This document shows positions 1 through 10,426 of a stretch of DNA of 64,000 nt, one piece after another. Location of the stretch: assembly GCA_002747105.1 (NCBI GenBank), contig PDSY01000016.1, forward strand, positions 28,473-92,472, read 5' to 3'. How positions within the stretch are numbered: the first letter of the stretch is position 1; each line of letters starts with the position of its first letter. The position numbers were made by a program, and so were the translations under genes. Under the pieces are notes generated by a model. It had not been told where the DNA came from. It ran no database searches and saw nothing but the letters and a program-made list of their open reading frames with translations. Source of the stretch: Flavobacteriales bacterium. GTDB taxonomy: Bacteria; Bacteroidota; Bacteroidia; Flavobacteriales; Weeksellaceae.

Positions 1-177
1 TAAAAAATTATCTAAAAAACAGATTGAAAATATAAATTGGAATAGAAAAAATATAGGATTAAATATTATAAATTAACCTGTAGTGCATTATCTAAGTTTA
101 TTAATGTTTCTGTTGAAGATAAATTTATTGGTATTTTGCATCAATTAATCAGCATACTCGTCTGATAATTGTAATTA

Positions 178-969
178 CTAAATAATTAAATCCACCACAA
201 AGCCTTCGTGGCTTCTTATATTAATAAAATAGCCTTCATCAAAAACAAGGTATTGACCTTTAATGCCTTTTAGAACGCCTTTATACTCTCGTACTTTCTC
301 CAAGGTAAAAGAATTGATTTTCTCTGTTAATTGATAAGGGAAATTTAATTTTACAACCTCTTGGTTTTCTAATCTAAAATCTTCATAATCTTTTGGAAAG
401 CAATCGTTTAGTTTTTCGTCAATAGGATGCCAATCCAATTCTGCTGAACCATCATCTTGGAGCATTCTTTTATAATGGGTTTTATCGGCAAAATGTTCTT
501 TTAGGGAAACCTCTATCATTCCTGCTTCGTAGCGGTTGTTGGTTCTGGCGATAGGTTTGGCTTGGGTAGCGCCTTGGTCTATCCATCTGGTAGGCACTTG
601 GTGTTCTCGTGTTACCCCTACTTTAAACCCTCCTGTATAGGCGATGTACACTATATGTGGCGTGAGCTGAATTTGTTTTTCGATAGCTAAATCTCGCTCT
701 TCTTCCCCGAGGTGAGCTTTTGATAGTTCTGGTCTAATAATAGATTCGCTGGCGTAAGGACTTTCAAAAAAACATTTTTTACAAAATCCCATTCGGAAGA
801 TTTTTTCTGTAGAATCACAATTAACGCATTGGTAGCCGATATGTTTAAGCTGTATTGGCTTTCCTATAAGTTGGTTGATGCTGATTAAATCCCCAGATAG
901 ATTCAAATGATATTGAATAGGATTCCCGATTTCAGTGGTCATTTTTTTGATTTGTCCTTGAAAGTGCAT
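178..969 (-). CDS. DUF2797 domain-containing protein
   Basis: Cys-rich segment 'CVNCDS...FCKKCFFESP' followed by 'YIAYTGGFKVGVTR', as I recall for DUF2797. Start trimmed to the ATG at 969 (MHFQG); the ORF-track extension runs into the divergent promoter region. Confidence 0.7.
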   Translation of the reverse strand: MHFQGQIKKMTTEIGNPIQYHLNLSGDLISINQLIGKPIQLKHIGYQCVNCDSTEKIFRMGFCKKCFFESPYASESIIRPELSKAHLGEEERDLAIEKQIQLTPHIVYIAYTGGFKVGVTREHQVPTRWIDQGATQAKPIARTNNRYEAGMIEVSLKEHFADKTHYKRMLQDDGSAELDWHPIDEKLNDCFPKDYEDFRLENQEVVKLNFPYQLTEKINSFTLEKVREYKGVLKGIKGQYLVFDEGYFINIRSHEGFVVDLII

Positions 970-1020
970 AAAATATTTTTGGTAAAAATAAGTATTTCCG
1001 ACTAAATGAAAATAAATCAT

Positions 1021-1028
1021 TACTTTTG
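1021..1028 (+). promoter_or_regulatory. Bacteroidota-type -7 box (TAnnTTTG)
   Basis: 'tacttttg' lies 20 nt upstream of the epimerase ATG. Confidence 0.45.
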
Positions 1029-1047
1029 TTGGGCAAAAATTTCACAA

Positions 1048-2082
1048 ATGAATTATTTAGTTACAGGAGGAAGTGGATTTATAGGTTCGCATTTGGTAGA
1101 GAAATTATTGAAAAACGGACATTCTGTCATCAATATTGATAATTTTGACAATTTTTATGATTACCAAATTAAAGTTAAAAATACTTTAGCATCAACTGCT
1201 CAAAAACCTGAGTTTAAATTCAATGAGAAAAAAAAGGATATTAATCACCTGATTGATTTAACTAAATCCAATGATTATCAGTTGTATAACACCGATATTC
1301 GAGAGGTAAAGGACTTGAGGAATATCTTTGAAAAACACAAAGTAGATGTGATTATTCATTTGGCTGCATTGGCAGGTGTTCGCCCATCGATAGAGCGACC
1401 TTTGGATTATCAACAGGTAAATGTACAAGGAACGATGAATCTTTGGGAGTTGGCGAAAGATTTTAAAGTTAAAAAATTCATATGTGCTTCTTCATCAAGT
1501 GTTTATGGTAATAATAAAAAAGTGCCCTTTGCTGAAACTGATACAGTAGATAGACCGATTTCTCCTTATGCTGCGACTAAAAAATCTTGTGAAATCATCG
1601 GACATACTTATCATCATTTGTATGATATGGATATGATGTTCTTGCGATTTTTTACCGTTTATGGACCAAGGCAAAGACCAGATTTAGCCATTCATAAATT
1701 CACTAAACTGATTGATAGTCAGCAAGAAATACCATTCTATGGAGATGGGAATACAGCGAGAGACTATACTTTCGTAGAAGATATTATTGACGGCGTGATG
1801 AAATCTATTCGCTATATTGAGGAACATACTGGAGTTTATGAGATTGTTAACCTTGGTGAAAGTGAGGTGATTACCCTTAATGAAATGGTCAAAACAATAG
1901 AAGAAACCTTGGGTAAAAAAGCCATTAAAAATAAACTTCCAATGCAAGCGGGAGATGTACAAATTACCAATGCTGATATTACCAAAGCCAAGACCTTAAT
2001 AGGTTATCAGCCAAGTACCAACTTCCAAAATGGCATAAAAAAGTTTGTGGAATGGTTTTTGAGTAATAAAGATGAAAAATAA
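1048..2082 (+). CDS. NAD-dependent epimerase/dehydratase (UDP-glucuronate 4-epimerase-like SDR)
   Basis: Rossmann motif 'VTGGSGFIGSH', catalytic 'YAATKKSCE', and 'RFFTVYGPRQRPDLA' typical of extended SDR sugar epimerases. Start set at the ATG 1048 (MNYLVTGG). Confidence 0.85.
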   Translation: MNYLVTGGSGFIGSHLVEKLLKNGHSVINIDNFDNFYDYQIKVKNTLASTAQKPEFKFNEKKKDINHLIDLTKSNDYQLYNTDIREVKDLRNIFEKHKVDVIIHLAALAGVRPSIERPLDYQQVNVQGTMNLWELAKDFKVKKFICASSSSVYGNNKKVPFAETDTVDRPISPYAATKKSCEIIGHTYHHLYDMDMMFLRFFTVYGPRQRPDLAIHKFTKLIDSQQEIPFYGDGNTARDYTFVEDIIDGVMKSIRYIEEHTGVYEIVNLGESEVITLNEMVKTIEETLGKKAIKNKLPMQAGDVQITNADITKAKTLIGYQPSTNFQNGIKKFVEWFLSNKDEK

Positions 2083-2128
2083 TCATTAAAATTGTGTGAG
2101 AAATGGCTTTTTTTCCTGCCTAATTTTT

Positions 2129-2136
2129 TACATTTG
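2129..2136 (+). promoter_or_regulatory. Bacteroidota-type -7 box (TAnnTTTG)
   Basis: 'tacatttg' lies 18 nt upstream of the DUF2795 ATG. Confidence 0.45.
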
Positions 2137-2153
2137 CAAAAAATAGATAAATT

Positions 2154-2375
2154 ATGTATTGGACATTAGAATTAGCTTCTTATTTAAGTGACGCTCCTTG
2201 GCCTATGACAAAGGCAGAGTTGATAGATTATGCGATTAGAACTGGAGCTCCAATGGAAGTAGTAGAAAATCTTCAAGCCATTGAAGATGAGGGAGAGATC
2301 TACGAATCTATACAAGAGATATGGCCAGATTATCCTACCGATGAAGATTTTCTGTGGAATGAAGATGAATATTAG
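2154..2375 (+). CDS. DUF2795 domain-containing protein
   Basis: 73-aa acidic protein. 'PMTKAELIDYAIRTGAPMEVVENLQAIED' resembles the DUF2795 family. A TAnnTTTG box lies upstream and a terminator hairpin downstream. Confidence 0.65.
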   Translation: MYWTLELASYLSDAPWPMTKAELIDYAIRTGAPMEVVENLQAIEDEGEIYESIQEIWPDYPTDEDFLWNEDEY

Positions 2376-2380
2376 AACCA

Positions 2381-2410
2381 AAAACAGGCGGATAAATGCT
2401 GTCTGTTTTT
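2381..2410 (+). terminator. rho-independent terminator after the DUF2795 gene
   Basis: 11-bp stem (two G-U pairs), 7-nt loop and a T-run. Confidence 0.55.
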
Positions 2411-2474
2411 ATGTATTCAATAAAATAATTAAGTAACCAAAACCATGCATTAGGGCATGGTAAAATAAAATGAT

Positions 2475-5400
2475 ATGAGTTTTTTAAATAAAATTCTGAA
2501 AAGTTTTTTGGGAGATAAAAACGCCAGAGACTTGAAAGAAGTAAAAAAAGTAGTTGGAAAAATAAAATCTGTAGAGCCTGATATTCAGAAACTATCAGAT
2601 AATGGATTGAGGGAGAAAACTGCCGAGTTTAAAGAAAAAATAAAAACGGCAACCAAAAAATTCACCGATGAAGTAGCGAAAATCAAAGAAGAAATTACCA
2701 CGACTACCGATATCGACAAAAAAGAAGCACTTTTTGGAAAAATAGATACCTTGAAAAAGGAATCTTATAAAGTAGAAGAAGAGGTTTTAGAATCTATTTT
2801 ACCAGAGGCTTTTGCTTTGATAAAGGAAACTGCAAGAAGATTGGCTCAGAATGGAGAAATCCGAGTGACAGCCAACGAGCAAGACCAATATTTAGCCGAA
2901 ACCAAAGATTTCGTTGATCTTCAAGGAGGAGAAGCTGTTTGGAAAAACGCTTGGGATGCCGAAGGAACAGACGTGGTTTGGGATATGACACATTATGATG
3001 TTCAGTTCATCGGTGGGGTAGTGCTTCATTCGGGGAAAATTGCCGAGATGCAAACAGGGGAAGGGAAAACCTTGGTAGGAACACTTCCTATTTACCTTAA
3101 TGCCTTGACAGGCAGAGGAGTGCATGTGGTTACCGTGAATGATTATTTGGCGAAAAGAGACTGTGCGTGGATGGGACCTTTATACCAATTCCACGGCTTA
3201 ACAATTGACTGTATCGATAAACATCAGCCTAATTCTGATGCGAGAAGAAAGGCGTATAATTGTGATATTACTTATGGTACTAATAACGAATTTGGTTTCG
3301 ATTATTTGAGAGATAATATGGTTTCTTCACCAGAAGAATTAGTGCAGAGAGAATTAAATTACGCCATTATTGATGAGGTGGATTCTGTATTAATTGATGA
3401 TGCGAGAACGCCTTTGATTATTTCGGGACCTGTACCTAATGGAGATAGACAAGAGTACGATGTCTTGAAACCATCTGTGGATAGAATTGTTCAGGTACAA
3501 AAGAAAACCATTACTAAAATTTTCAGTGAGGCTAAAAAATTAATCGCTTCAGGGAATACAAAAGAAGGAGGTTTCAAACTTTTACAAGCCTATAGAGGTT
3601 TACCAAAATCAAGACCTTTAATTAAGTTCTTATCTCAGAGTGGAAACAAGGCTTTACTTCAAAAAGTAGAAGCTCAGTATATGCAAGACAACAATAGAGA
3701 TATGCCGATTGTGGATAAAGATCTTTATTTTGTTATCGATGAAAAAAATAATCAAGTAGATTTAACAGACAAAGGAGTAGAATATATGTCTCAAGGGACA
3801 GATCCTGATTTCTTTGTACTTCAAGATATTGGAACCGAAATTGCAGAATTAGAAGCTCAAAACCTTCCAAAAGAAGAGGAATTTGAGAAGAAAGAAGAAT
3901 TGTTCAGAGATTTTGCAGTCAAGTCCGAGCGAGTTCACACGATGACCCAATTATTAAAAGCCTATACTTTATTTGAAAAAGATGATGAATATGTGGTCAT
4001 GGAAGGTCAGGTAAAAATCGTAGATGAATCCACGGGTCGTATTATGGAAGGAAGAAGATATTCAGATGGTCTTCACCAAGCCATAGAGGCAAAAGAAAAT
4101 GTAAAAATTGAGGCGGCTACTCAGACTTTTGCAACCATTACCTTACAGAATTATTTCCGTATGTATAATAAATTGGCGGGAATGACAGGTACTGCAGAAA
4201 CAGAAGCAGGAGAATTCTGGGAGATTTACGAATTAGATGTTATCGTTATCCCAACCAATAGACCAATTGCTCGTGATGATAAACATGATTTAGTTTATAA
4301 AACCAATCGTGAGAAGTATAATGCGGTTATCGAAGAGATTGAAAGAATCACTTCAGCAGGGAGACCTGTTCTATTAGGAACAACTTCTGTTGAGATTTCT
4401 CAGTTGCTTTCGAGGGCGTTGAGTATGAGGAAGATAAAGCACCAAGTATTGAATGCGAAGCTCCACCAAAAAGAAGCAGAAATTGTTGCAGAAGCAGGTA
4501 GAGCGGGAGTGGTAACCATCGCCACCAATATGGCGGGTCGTGGTACAGATATTAAACTTTCTGATGAAGTTAAAAAAGCAGGAGGTTTAGCGATTATCGG
4601 TACAGAAAGACACGATTCAAGGCGTGTAGATAGACAGTTGAGAGGTCGTGCTGGTCGTCAAGGAGACCCAGGAAGTTCTCAGTTTTATGTTTCGTTGGAA
4701 GATAACCTGATGAGGTTGTTTGGTTCGGAAAGAATCGCCAAAATGATGGATAAAATGGGACATAAAGAAGGAGAAGTAATTCAGCACTCTATGATTTCAA
4801 AATCCATCGAAAGGGCTCAGAAAAAAGTAGAAGAAAACAACTTTGGTATTCGTAAAAGATTATTGGAGTACGATGATGTGATGAATAAGCAAAGAGATGT
4901 TATTTATAAGCGAAGAAAGAATGCTTTATTCGGAGATCATTTGAAATATGATTTAGCCAATATGATTTTTGATGTTTCGGCGTCTATTGTAGAGACAAAT
5001 AAGGTGTCGAATATTTACAAAGATTTTGAATACGATGTGATTAAGCATTTTACAATGGATGCTCCTGTGAATGAGGAGGAATTCAAATCGAAAACGGTAC
5101 AGGAATTGACTGATATTCTTTACAAAGCAGCTGAAGAAGATTATCAACATAAGATGAGGTTGTTGAAAGAAAAGGCATTCCCAATTATTAAAAATGTTTT
5201 TGAAACGCAAGGAGAGATGTTTAAGCAGATTCAGGTGCCTTTCTCTGATGGTCAAAAAACAATAATGATTGTTACCGACTTAAAACAAGCGTACGAAAGT
5301 GAATGTCAGACGCTTATCAACGATTTTGAAAAGAATATTACTTTATCAATGATTGATGAGAATTGGAAAACGCATTTAAGAGAGATGGACGATTTAAGAC

Positions 5401-5549
5401 GTTCTTCTCAGGGTGCGGTTTATGAGCAAAAAGACCCAATTGTAATTTACAAACAAGAGTCTTTCCAATTGTTCTCCGAAATGATTGATAAATTGAATAA
5501 AGAAACTTTATCTTTCCTTTACAAAGGAGAAATTCCAGCCAATGGATAA
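2475..5549 (+). CDS. secA: preprotein translocase subunit SecA
   Basis: 1024 aa with Walker A '[10 protein letters not shown]', the DEAD-like motif '[21 protein letters not shown]', and '[12 protein letters not shown]'. Confidence 0.97.
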   Translation: MSFLNKILKSFLGDKNARDLKEVKKVVGKIKSVEPDIQKLSDNGLREKTAEFKEKIKTATKKFTDEVAKIKEEITTTTDIDKKEALFGKIDTLKKESYKVEEEVLESILPEAFALIKETARRLAQNGEIRVTANEQDQYLAETKDFVDLQGGEAVWKNAWDAEGTDVVWDMTHYDVQFIGGVVLHSGKIAEMQTGEGKTLVGTLPIYLNALTGRGVHVVTVNDYLAKRDCAWMGPLYQFHGLTIDCIDKHQPNSDARRKAYNCDITYGTNNEFGFDYLRDNMVSSPEELVQRELNYAIIDEVDSVLIDDARTPLIISGPVPNGDRQEYDVLKPSVDRIVQVQKKTITKIFSEAKKLIASGNTKEGGFKLLQAYRGLPKSRPLIKFLSQSGNKALLQKVEAQYMQDNNRDMPIVDKDLYFVIDEKNNQVDLTDKGVEYMSQGTDPDFFVLQDIGTEIAELEAQNLPKEEEFEKKEELFRDFAVKSERVHTMTQLLKAYTLFEKDDEYVVMEGQVKIVDESTGRIMEGRRYSDGLHQAIEAKENVKIEAATQTFATITLQNYFRMYNKLAGMTGTAETEAGEFWEIYELDVIVIPTNRPIARDDKHDLVYKTNREKYNAVIEEIERITSAGRPVLLGTTSVEISQLLSRALSMRKIKHQVLNAKLHQKEAEIVAEAGRAGVVTIATNMAGRGTDIKLSDEVKKAGGLAIIGTERHDSRRVDRQLRGRAGRQGDPGSSQFYVSLEDNLMRLFGSERIAKMMDKMGHKEGEVIQHSMISKSIERAQKKVEENNFGIRKRLLEYDDVMNKQRDVIYKRRKNALFGDHLKYDLANMIFDVSASIVETNKVSNIYKDFEYDVIKHFTMDAPVNEEEFKSKTVQELTDILYKAAEEDYQHKMRLLKEKAFPIIKNVFETQGEMFKQIQVPFSDGQKTIMIVTDLKQAYESECQTLINDFEKNITLSMIDENWKTHLREMDDLRRSSQGAVYEQKDPIVIYKQESFQLFSEMIDKLNKETLSFLYKGEIPANG

Positions 5550-5572
5550 GGTAGGGTTTTAAAAAATACCGA

Positions 5573-5602
5573 AACGCTAAGATGAAAGTCTTGGCGTTTT
5601 TT
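5573..5602 (+). terminator. rho-independent terminator of secA
   Basis: Stem 'aacgctaaga'/'tcttggcgtt' (one G-U pair) followed by TTTTTT. Confidence 0.75.
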
Positions 5603-5665
5603 GTTGTGCAGGTCGAGAGTCAAAAAAAATCCGTAATTTTACCGCTCTTGAAATATATTGAATTG

Positions 5666-7450
5666 ATGAAGAATTTTATTTGGAGTTTGATTTTGGTATT
5701 TGCCTTTCAGTCTTGTGCGAGAGTCGGACAGCCTGTGGGTGGAGATAAAGATACTATTCCGCCTCGGTTTTTGGGAGCTAATATTGACTCTACACGCGTC
5801 AAAGTGCCAAGGAATATCAGAGAAATAAAACTGAAATTCAATGAATATATTAAACTGAAAGATATTCAGAAAAATTTGATTATTTCTCCACCGATTAAGA
5901 AAATAACCAAAATTATTCCAACCAATTTACCCACTAAATTCGTTTCTATTCAGTTTGAAGATACCTTACAAGAAAATACCACTTATCAGTTTAATTTCGG
6001 AAATGCCATTCAGGATAATAACGAAGCTAATGTATTGAGGTATTTTAATTTTGCGTTTTCTACAGGCGAAAAAATCGATTCTACTTATATCAGTGGAGAG
6101 GTGAAAGATGCCTTTAATATTGATAATAACACCAAGGCTAACCAAAATAAAACCGTGGTTGGGCTTTATCAATACAAGGATTCTATCGATTACAAAAAGA
6201 AACCTTATTATATTTCGAGAGTCGATGATGATGGCTACTTTGAGTTGGAGTATTTAACCCAAGGGAATTACAAATTAATCGCTTTTTCCGATGATAACGA
6301 AAATTCTATTTATGATGCTGGGGCAGAGAAAATTGGTTTTCAGAAAGAGCCTTTAACCATTGATAAATCTATTTCTAAGATTAAAATGACCTTATCGCCT
6401 TCTCAGAAAAAGGTAAAATATTTAGAAACAAAAACCGTAGAAGGAGGAATTTTGGTCTTGTTTGAAGGAGATCCAAAAGCGGTTAAAATAGCTTCTGTGG
6501 AAGAATCTTTAGGAGATTTTAAGGTAAGGCATCGCCAATATTCTGACTCGGTGAAAGTCTGGTTGAAACCATTTGGAAAGGAGCAGAAGAAATCTAAAAG
6601 ACTGCAGTTTTCTTATCAAATAGGCACGAAAAAAGATACCGTTTCTACTTATTATAAACCTTTGGAAAAAGTGGAAATGACCATTCAGAATAAAAAAGGG
6701 AATAAAATTCCACCGAAAAAAGAATTTATTTTCGCTTCTAATTTTGAGATTGATAAAATTGACCCTCAAAAATGGTCACTGAAAAAAGATAGCACAGAGG
6801 CGATTCAGTTTGAGGCAAAAATTGTTAAGGATAATCCTTATCAAGTTGTAGTAAATGCCGATTTTAAGGAAGGTGAAAAATACCAACTCACCGTTCCTAA
6901 GGAAAGTGTTGCTTCTTATTTTGAAAAGACAAATAAATCTTATCGATTTGATTTTGAGATTGATAAATCGGATAATTTCGGTAAGTGTGAATTTAGATTA
7001 AAAAATCCACCGTCTTCAAAATTTTGGTTTCAATTATTAGATGCTCAAAAGAAAGTAAAGTTTGAGCAATACACCAATGCTCCTATTATTAAGTTTGATT
7101 TGTTACCTGCGGAACAATATTATGTGAGGATTTTGGTGGATGAAAACGAAAACGAATTTTGGGACAAGGCGAATTTGGAAAAACAAATTTTTGCTGAAAA
7201 ATCGTATATTTTTTATAAAATATTAACCATTAGACCGCTTTGGGAGATGGTGGAAGATTGGGATTTGACTACCGATAAGAAGCTCAAGGCGAAAATTCGA
7301 AAAGCACCTACTAAAAAGATGAAAAACCGTCTTGGTAACACACAAGGTAATGATACGAATGGTTTTCCGAATAATGGGAATAATAATTCTTCGGGAAGAG
7401 GAAACCCTTTTGGTGGAGGTTTAAATACAGAATTACAAAGAGGATTTTAA
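5666..7450 (+). CDS. Ig-like domain-containing lipoprotein
   Basis: Lipoprotein signal 'LILVFAFQSC' followed by 'GGDKDTIPPRF', typical of SbsA-like Ig-fold lipoproteins. Start moved to ATG 5666 because the track start at 5582 lies inside the secA terminator hairpin. Confidence 0.65.
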   Translation: MKNFIWSLILVFAFQSCARVGQPVGGDKDTIPPRFLGANIDSTRVKVPRNIREIKLKFNEYIKLKDIQKNLIISPPIKKITKIIPTNLPTKFVSIQFEDTLQENTTYQFNFGNAIQDNNEANVLRYFNFAFSTGEKIDSTYISGEVKDAFNIDNNTKANQNKTVVGLYQYKDSIDYKKKPYYISRVDDDGYFELEYLTQGNYKLIAFSDDNENSIYDAGAEKIGFQKEPLTIDKSISKIKMTLSPSQKKVKYLETKTVEGGILVLFEGDPKAVKIASVEESLGDFKVRHRQYSDSVKVWLKPFGKEQKKSKRLQFSYQIGTKKDTVSTYYKPLEKVEMTIQNKKGNKIPPKKEFIFASNFEIDKIDPQKWSLKKDSTEAIQFEAKIVKDNPYQVVVNADFKEGEKYQLTVPKESVASYFEKTNKSYRFDFEIDKSDNFGKCEFRLKNPPSSKFWFQLLDAQKKVKFEQYTNAPIIKFDLLPAEQYYVRILVDENENEFWDKANLEKQIFAEKSYIFYKILTIRPLWEMVEDWDLTTDKKLKAKIRKAPTKKMKNRLGNTQGNDTNGFPNNGNNNSSGRGNPFGGGLNTELQRGF

Positions 7451-7452
7451 TA

Positions 7453-7902
7453 ATGAATAGGACAAAGAAGATTTTATTGGGAATAGTGGGTGGCTTATTA
7501 GCGATACAGTTGGTACCTGTGGATAGAACGAATCCTCCAGTAGATGCAACGCTGAATTTTACCGATGTGGAAGAAGTTCCCAAAAGGGCAGAGGAGATTT
7601 TACGAAATGCTTGTTATGATTGTCATTCCAACGAAACGGTGTATCCTAATTATGCCTATGTTGCCCCAATTTCTTGGTCGATAAAAGAACATGTGAATCA
7701 GGGAAGAAAGTATGCCAATTTTTCCAAATGGAATAAATACAGTCAGTATGCCAAGCAAAATATCATTAAATCTTCCATTCGTGAAATTCAAAGTGGAGAG
7801 ATGCCAATGAAAGGCTATGAACCTTACCACCCGAAAGCCAAGTTATCGAAAGAAGACAAGGCTTATATTATCGACTATTTGAAAACTTTGATTAAGAATT
7901 AG
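7453..7902 (+). CDS. heme-binding domain-containing protein
   Basis: N-terminal TM helix, then 'CYDCHSNETVYPNYAYVAPISW' (CxxCH-type haem-binding domain family). Confidence 0.7.
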   Translation: MNRTKKILLGIVGGLLAIQLVPVDRTNPPVDATLNFTDVEEVPKRAEEILRNACYDCHSNETVYPNYAYVAPISWSIKEHVNQGRKYANFSKWNKYSQYAKQNIIKSSIREIQSGEMPMKGYEPYHPKAKLSKEDKAYIIDYLKTLIKN

Positions 7903-8452
7903 GCTGTTTTACTTTTATTAATTTGGAAGTGTCGTAGCCTCTTTCTTTTAATTTTTTGATTAAATCATCATAAACTTCTTTTTTCATTTGAGGCGTTCGG
8001 CTAAGAATCCAAAGATATTTATCCGAACTACTGCCGACCACAGACCATTGGTAGTTTTTATCTAAATCTAATACAAAATAATCAGCATAAAATATCCAGA
8101 AAAAAGACACTCTTAATTTTGATGGAACATCAGGATTTGGGATTTTCGCTTTTCCTATCGCTTGGGAAAATTCTCCATTCAAGGTCTTTTTATAACCACT
8201 ATTCACGACTTTTATTTTTCCATCTTTACGCATGCTATAATTAACATTCACGCCCACAAGGTCTTCTTCGAAACTATGGTCGTATCTGGCGATTTCGTAC
8301 CACTTTCCTAAATATTTTTGAATGTCTAATTCTTTTACAACAGTTTTATCAATACTTGATTTTTGAGTATTGCAACTCAATAAGGAAAAACTAACAATAA
8401 GTGCGCTAACAATGGTTAGACAAAATTTTGAAAATCGGTTGTTGGATAACAT
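7892..8452 (-). CDS. blc: bacterial lipocalin (Blc-like) lipoprotein
   Basis: Lipobox 'SLLSC' and the lipocalin signature 'YLGKWYEIARYDHSFE'. Confidence 0.85.
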   Translation of the reverse strand: MLSNNRFSKFCLTIVSALIVSFSLLSCNTQKSSIDKTVVKELDIQKYLGKWYEIARYDHSFEEDLVGVNVNYSMRKDGKIKVVNSGYKKTLNGEFSQAIGKAKIPNPDVPSKLRVSFFWIFYADYFVLDLDKNYQWSVVGSSSDKYLWILSRTPQMKKEVYDDLIKKLKERGYDTSKLIKVKQPNS

Positions 8453-8502
8453 ATTTTAATGATTTTTGAAATAAATTAAAGCACAAATGTAGGTTTTAAA
8501 TT

Positions 8503-9018
8503 TTAAATAAAACCGTATTTTGAAAAAAACTTTTTCTGAGATTCAAAGGCTAAATCTTCTATATTGAGTTTGCTTTTAGGAATCCAAACTACTTCTTGTA
8601 GTTCGGATTTTTCGAGTTGAAAATCAGGTTTTTCATTGAGTTCGTATTCAAAGAACAAATCTAAGGTGTGATAATCAATATTTTTATAGCGATAAATATT
8701 TGGTAGAGAACCGATATATTTCAGTTGAGAGAGGTCAATATTAAAGTTGAGTTCCTCTTGTATTTCTCTTTGGCAGGTTTGTTCTGCGGATTCATCGGCA
8801 TCTGTGAAACCTCCTGCCAAGTCTAGTTTTCCTTTTTGTGGATTTTGATTTCTCCGAGTGAATAATATTTCCTCTTTGTGTTTGATGATTACAGCAACAG
8901 CTCCTGCAACATTATGATAAAGTGTGAAATCGCAATCGGAGCAGACTAATTTTTTATCTTCGACAAATTTCAGTCTTGATGCGCCACATTGAGGGCAAAA
9001 GGTTAAGTTTTTCATCAT
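8503..9018 (-). CDS. NUDIX hydrolase with N-terminal zinc ribbon
   Basis: 'CPQCG...CSDC' zinc ribbon plus the Nudix box 'GGFTDADESAEQTCQREIQEELN'. Confidence 0.85.
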   Translation of the reverse strand: MMKNLTFCPQCGASRLKFVEDKKLVCSDCDFTLYHNVAGAVAVIIKHKEEILFTRRNQNPQKGKLDLAGGFTDADESAEQTCQREIQEELNFNIDLSQLKYIGSLPNIYRYKNIDYHTLDLFFEYELNEKPDFQLEKSELQEVVWIPKSKLNIEDLAFESQKKFFSKYGFI

Positions 9019-9023
9019 TAATT

Positions 9024-9587
9024 TTATTTTCCATTAAAACTAGTCATCGCATTTTGTATTCCTGCAAAAGCGAATGTAAGGGTGGCTTTGGAGAATTGTT
9101 CTATTCTCTCTGGAAGTTTTGCTTTTTCCTCTTCTGTCCATTCTCCAAGTACATAATCCACTTGCCTTCCTTGTGAGAAGTCGGCGGAAATCCCGCATCT
9201 TAGTCGTGGATATTTGTTGGTTTGGAGTAGGTCTTGGATGTTTCTGAGTCCGTTGTGTCCGCCATGTGAACCTTTCATTTTCATTCGTAAAGTTCCAAAA
9301 GGCAAAGACAAATCATCGGTGATAACCATCAATTTCTCCAAAGGAATTTTTTCTTTTTCCAACCAAAATTTCACTGCCTTTCCTGATAGGTTCATATAGG
9401 TGTCAGGTTTTAGCAGTAGGATTTTTCTGCCTTTGTATTTGCCTTCTGCCATTAGCCCGAAGTTGGTGCTTTTGAATTTCGCATCAATATCTTCGGCTAT
9501 TTTTTCCACGACTTTAAAACCAATATTATGTCGGGTGTTTTCATATTCGTCGCCTTTGTTTCCTAAACCTACTACCAAATATTTCAT
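9024..9587 (-). CDS. pth: peptidyl-tRNA hydrolase
   Basis: 'LVVGLGNKGDEYENTRHNIGF' and 'GGHNGLRNI' are canonical Pth motifs. Confidence 0.95.
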   Translation of the reverse strand: MKYLVVGLGNKGDEYENTRHNIGFKVVEKIAEDIDAKFKSTNFGLMAEGKYKGRKILLLKPDTYMNLSGKAVKFWLEKEKIPLEKLMVITDDLSLPFGTLRMKMKGSHGGHNGLRNIQDLLQTNKYPRLRCGISADFSQGRQVDYVLGEWTEEEKAKLPERIEQFSKATLTFAFAGIQNAMTSFNGK

Positions 9588-9617
9588 CTGTTTATTGTAT
9601 TATGAATCTGTGCTCTG

Positions 9618-9625
9618 CAAAAATA
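9618..9625 (-). promoter_or_regulatory. Bacteroidota-type -7 box (TAnnTTTG)
   Basis: The minus strand reads 'tatttttg', upstream of pth. Confidence 0.45.
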
Positions 9626-9658
9626 AAATTTTAATATGATATGTGCCGAAAAATAATG

Positions 9659-9666
9659 TATATTTG
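9659..9666 (+). promoter_or_regulatory. Bacteroidota-type -7 box (TAnnTTTG)
   Basis: 'tatatttg' lies 23 nt upstream of the ATG at 9689. Confidence 0.45.
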
Positions 9667-9688
9667 TTAGTCATTAATTTTTAAACAA

Positions 9689-10069
9689 ATGAAAAAAATA
9701 CTATTAGGAATTACGATTTTAAGCACCTTGGTTGGATGCATGAGTATGAAGAATTATGCTGATACAGCGTTTTATGCTAAAAATACTTCATCAAAACCGA
9801 TTTCTTTTGAAGCGGGAATTATGAAAAACTCAATGTCATTTGGACGCTACGAAGTGAAGAATTCTTTTCAAGTCAGCCCAAATGATAGTATTTTAATTAT
9901 ACGGACGAATTTTAAGAAAGAGTATGATAATCCACAACATATGTTTTCTACCTTTACGATCTTTCCAGGTGATGAAAATACTAAATACAGCGATGCTCAA
10001 AATCCGAAAAATTGGAAGAAGTATTTAAAAGGTGATTTGGTGATTTATACCTTTACACTCAACGAATAA
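9689..10069 (+). CDS. hypothetical lipoprotein
   Basis: Signal peptide with lipobox 'LVGC' and a TAnnTTTG box upstream. No recognisable domain. Confidence 0.5.
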   Translation: MKKILLGITILSTLVGCMSMKNYADTAFYAKNTSSKPISFEAGIMKNSMSFGRYEVKNSFQVSPNDSILIIRTNFKKEYDNPQHMFSTFTIFPGDENTKYSDAQNPKNWKKYLKGDLVIYTFTLNE

Positions 10070-10278
10070 GAGCCATTTTTAACTCAAAAAAAAATATAGG
10101 TCAAGCATACGAAATATTGAAATGCAAAAAAATAAGGCGTAATATCAAAACGCAAAGAAAAACAAAGAAATAAACCCAACAAACAACAAATTATTAAGAA
10201 AAACAAAGGCATTTCATTCATCAAAGAAACACTAATCTTTCTTTGCATCACGAAATAAACGAAGTGGATTTGTTAATT

Positions 10279-10310
10279 CCCCTCTAAAAAGAGGGGTGCC
10301 ACGTAGTGGC
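10279..10310. repeat. G/C-run double hairpin module
   Basis: 'cccctc-taaaaa-gagggg' followed by 'gccac-gta-gtggc', in otherwise A-rich intergenic DNA. Confidence 0.8.
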
Positions 10311-10426
10311 GGGGTGTGTATGGTTAAAACCCTTTTTTTATTATTGCGTTAATTGTATATCTAATAAAAATTTTGTCCGTTTGACCTATAAAAAATAAGC
10401 GTTTTTTGTCTATGCTAAATTCTTGC

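Noticed and set aside
1-76. Possible 3' end of a plus-strand gene at the window edge ('...KKLSKKQIENINWNRKNIGLNIIN*')
   Set aside because: Only 25 codons are visible, of low complexity and in AT-rich DNA. This cannot be distinguished from non-coding sequence.
2794-5255. Antisense or alternate-frame ORFs within secA (2794..2991, 2892..3125, 4953..5255)
   Set aside because: They lie entirely inside a highly conserved gene on the other strand and have no recognisable motifs. Such ORFs are typical chance events in AT-rich DNA. The same reasoning applies to similar ORFs inside leuS, dsbD, gltA, the ABC transporter, the T9SS gene, pckA, fabD and tilS.
5582-5665. N-terminal extension of the Ig-like lipoprotein ORF given by the ORF track
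   Set aside because: It begins inside the secA terminator hairpin and T-run. The lipoprotein signal peptide starts at the ATG at 5666.
8976-9639. Plus-strand ORFs 8976..9176, 9214..9399 and 9400..9639
   Set aside because: They are antisense to the NUDIX and pth genes, which have canonical motifs. No independent support.
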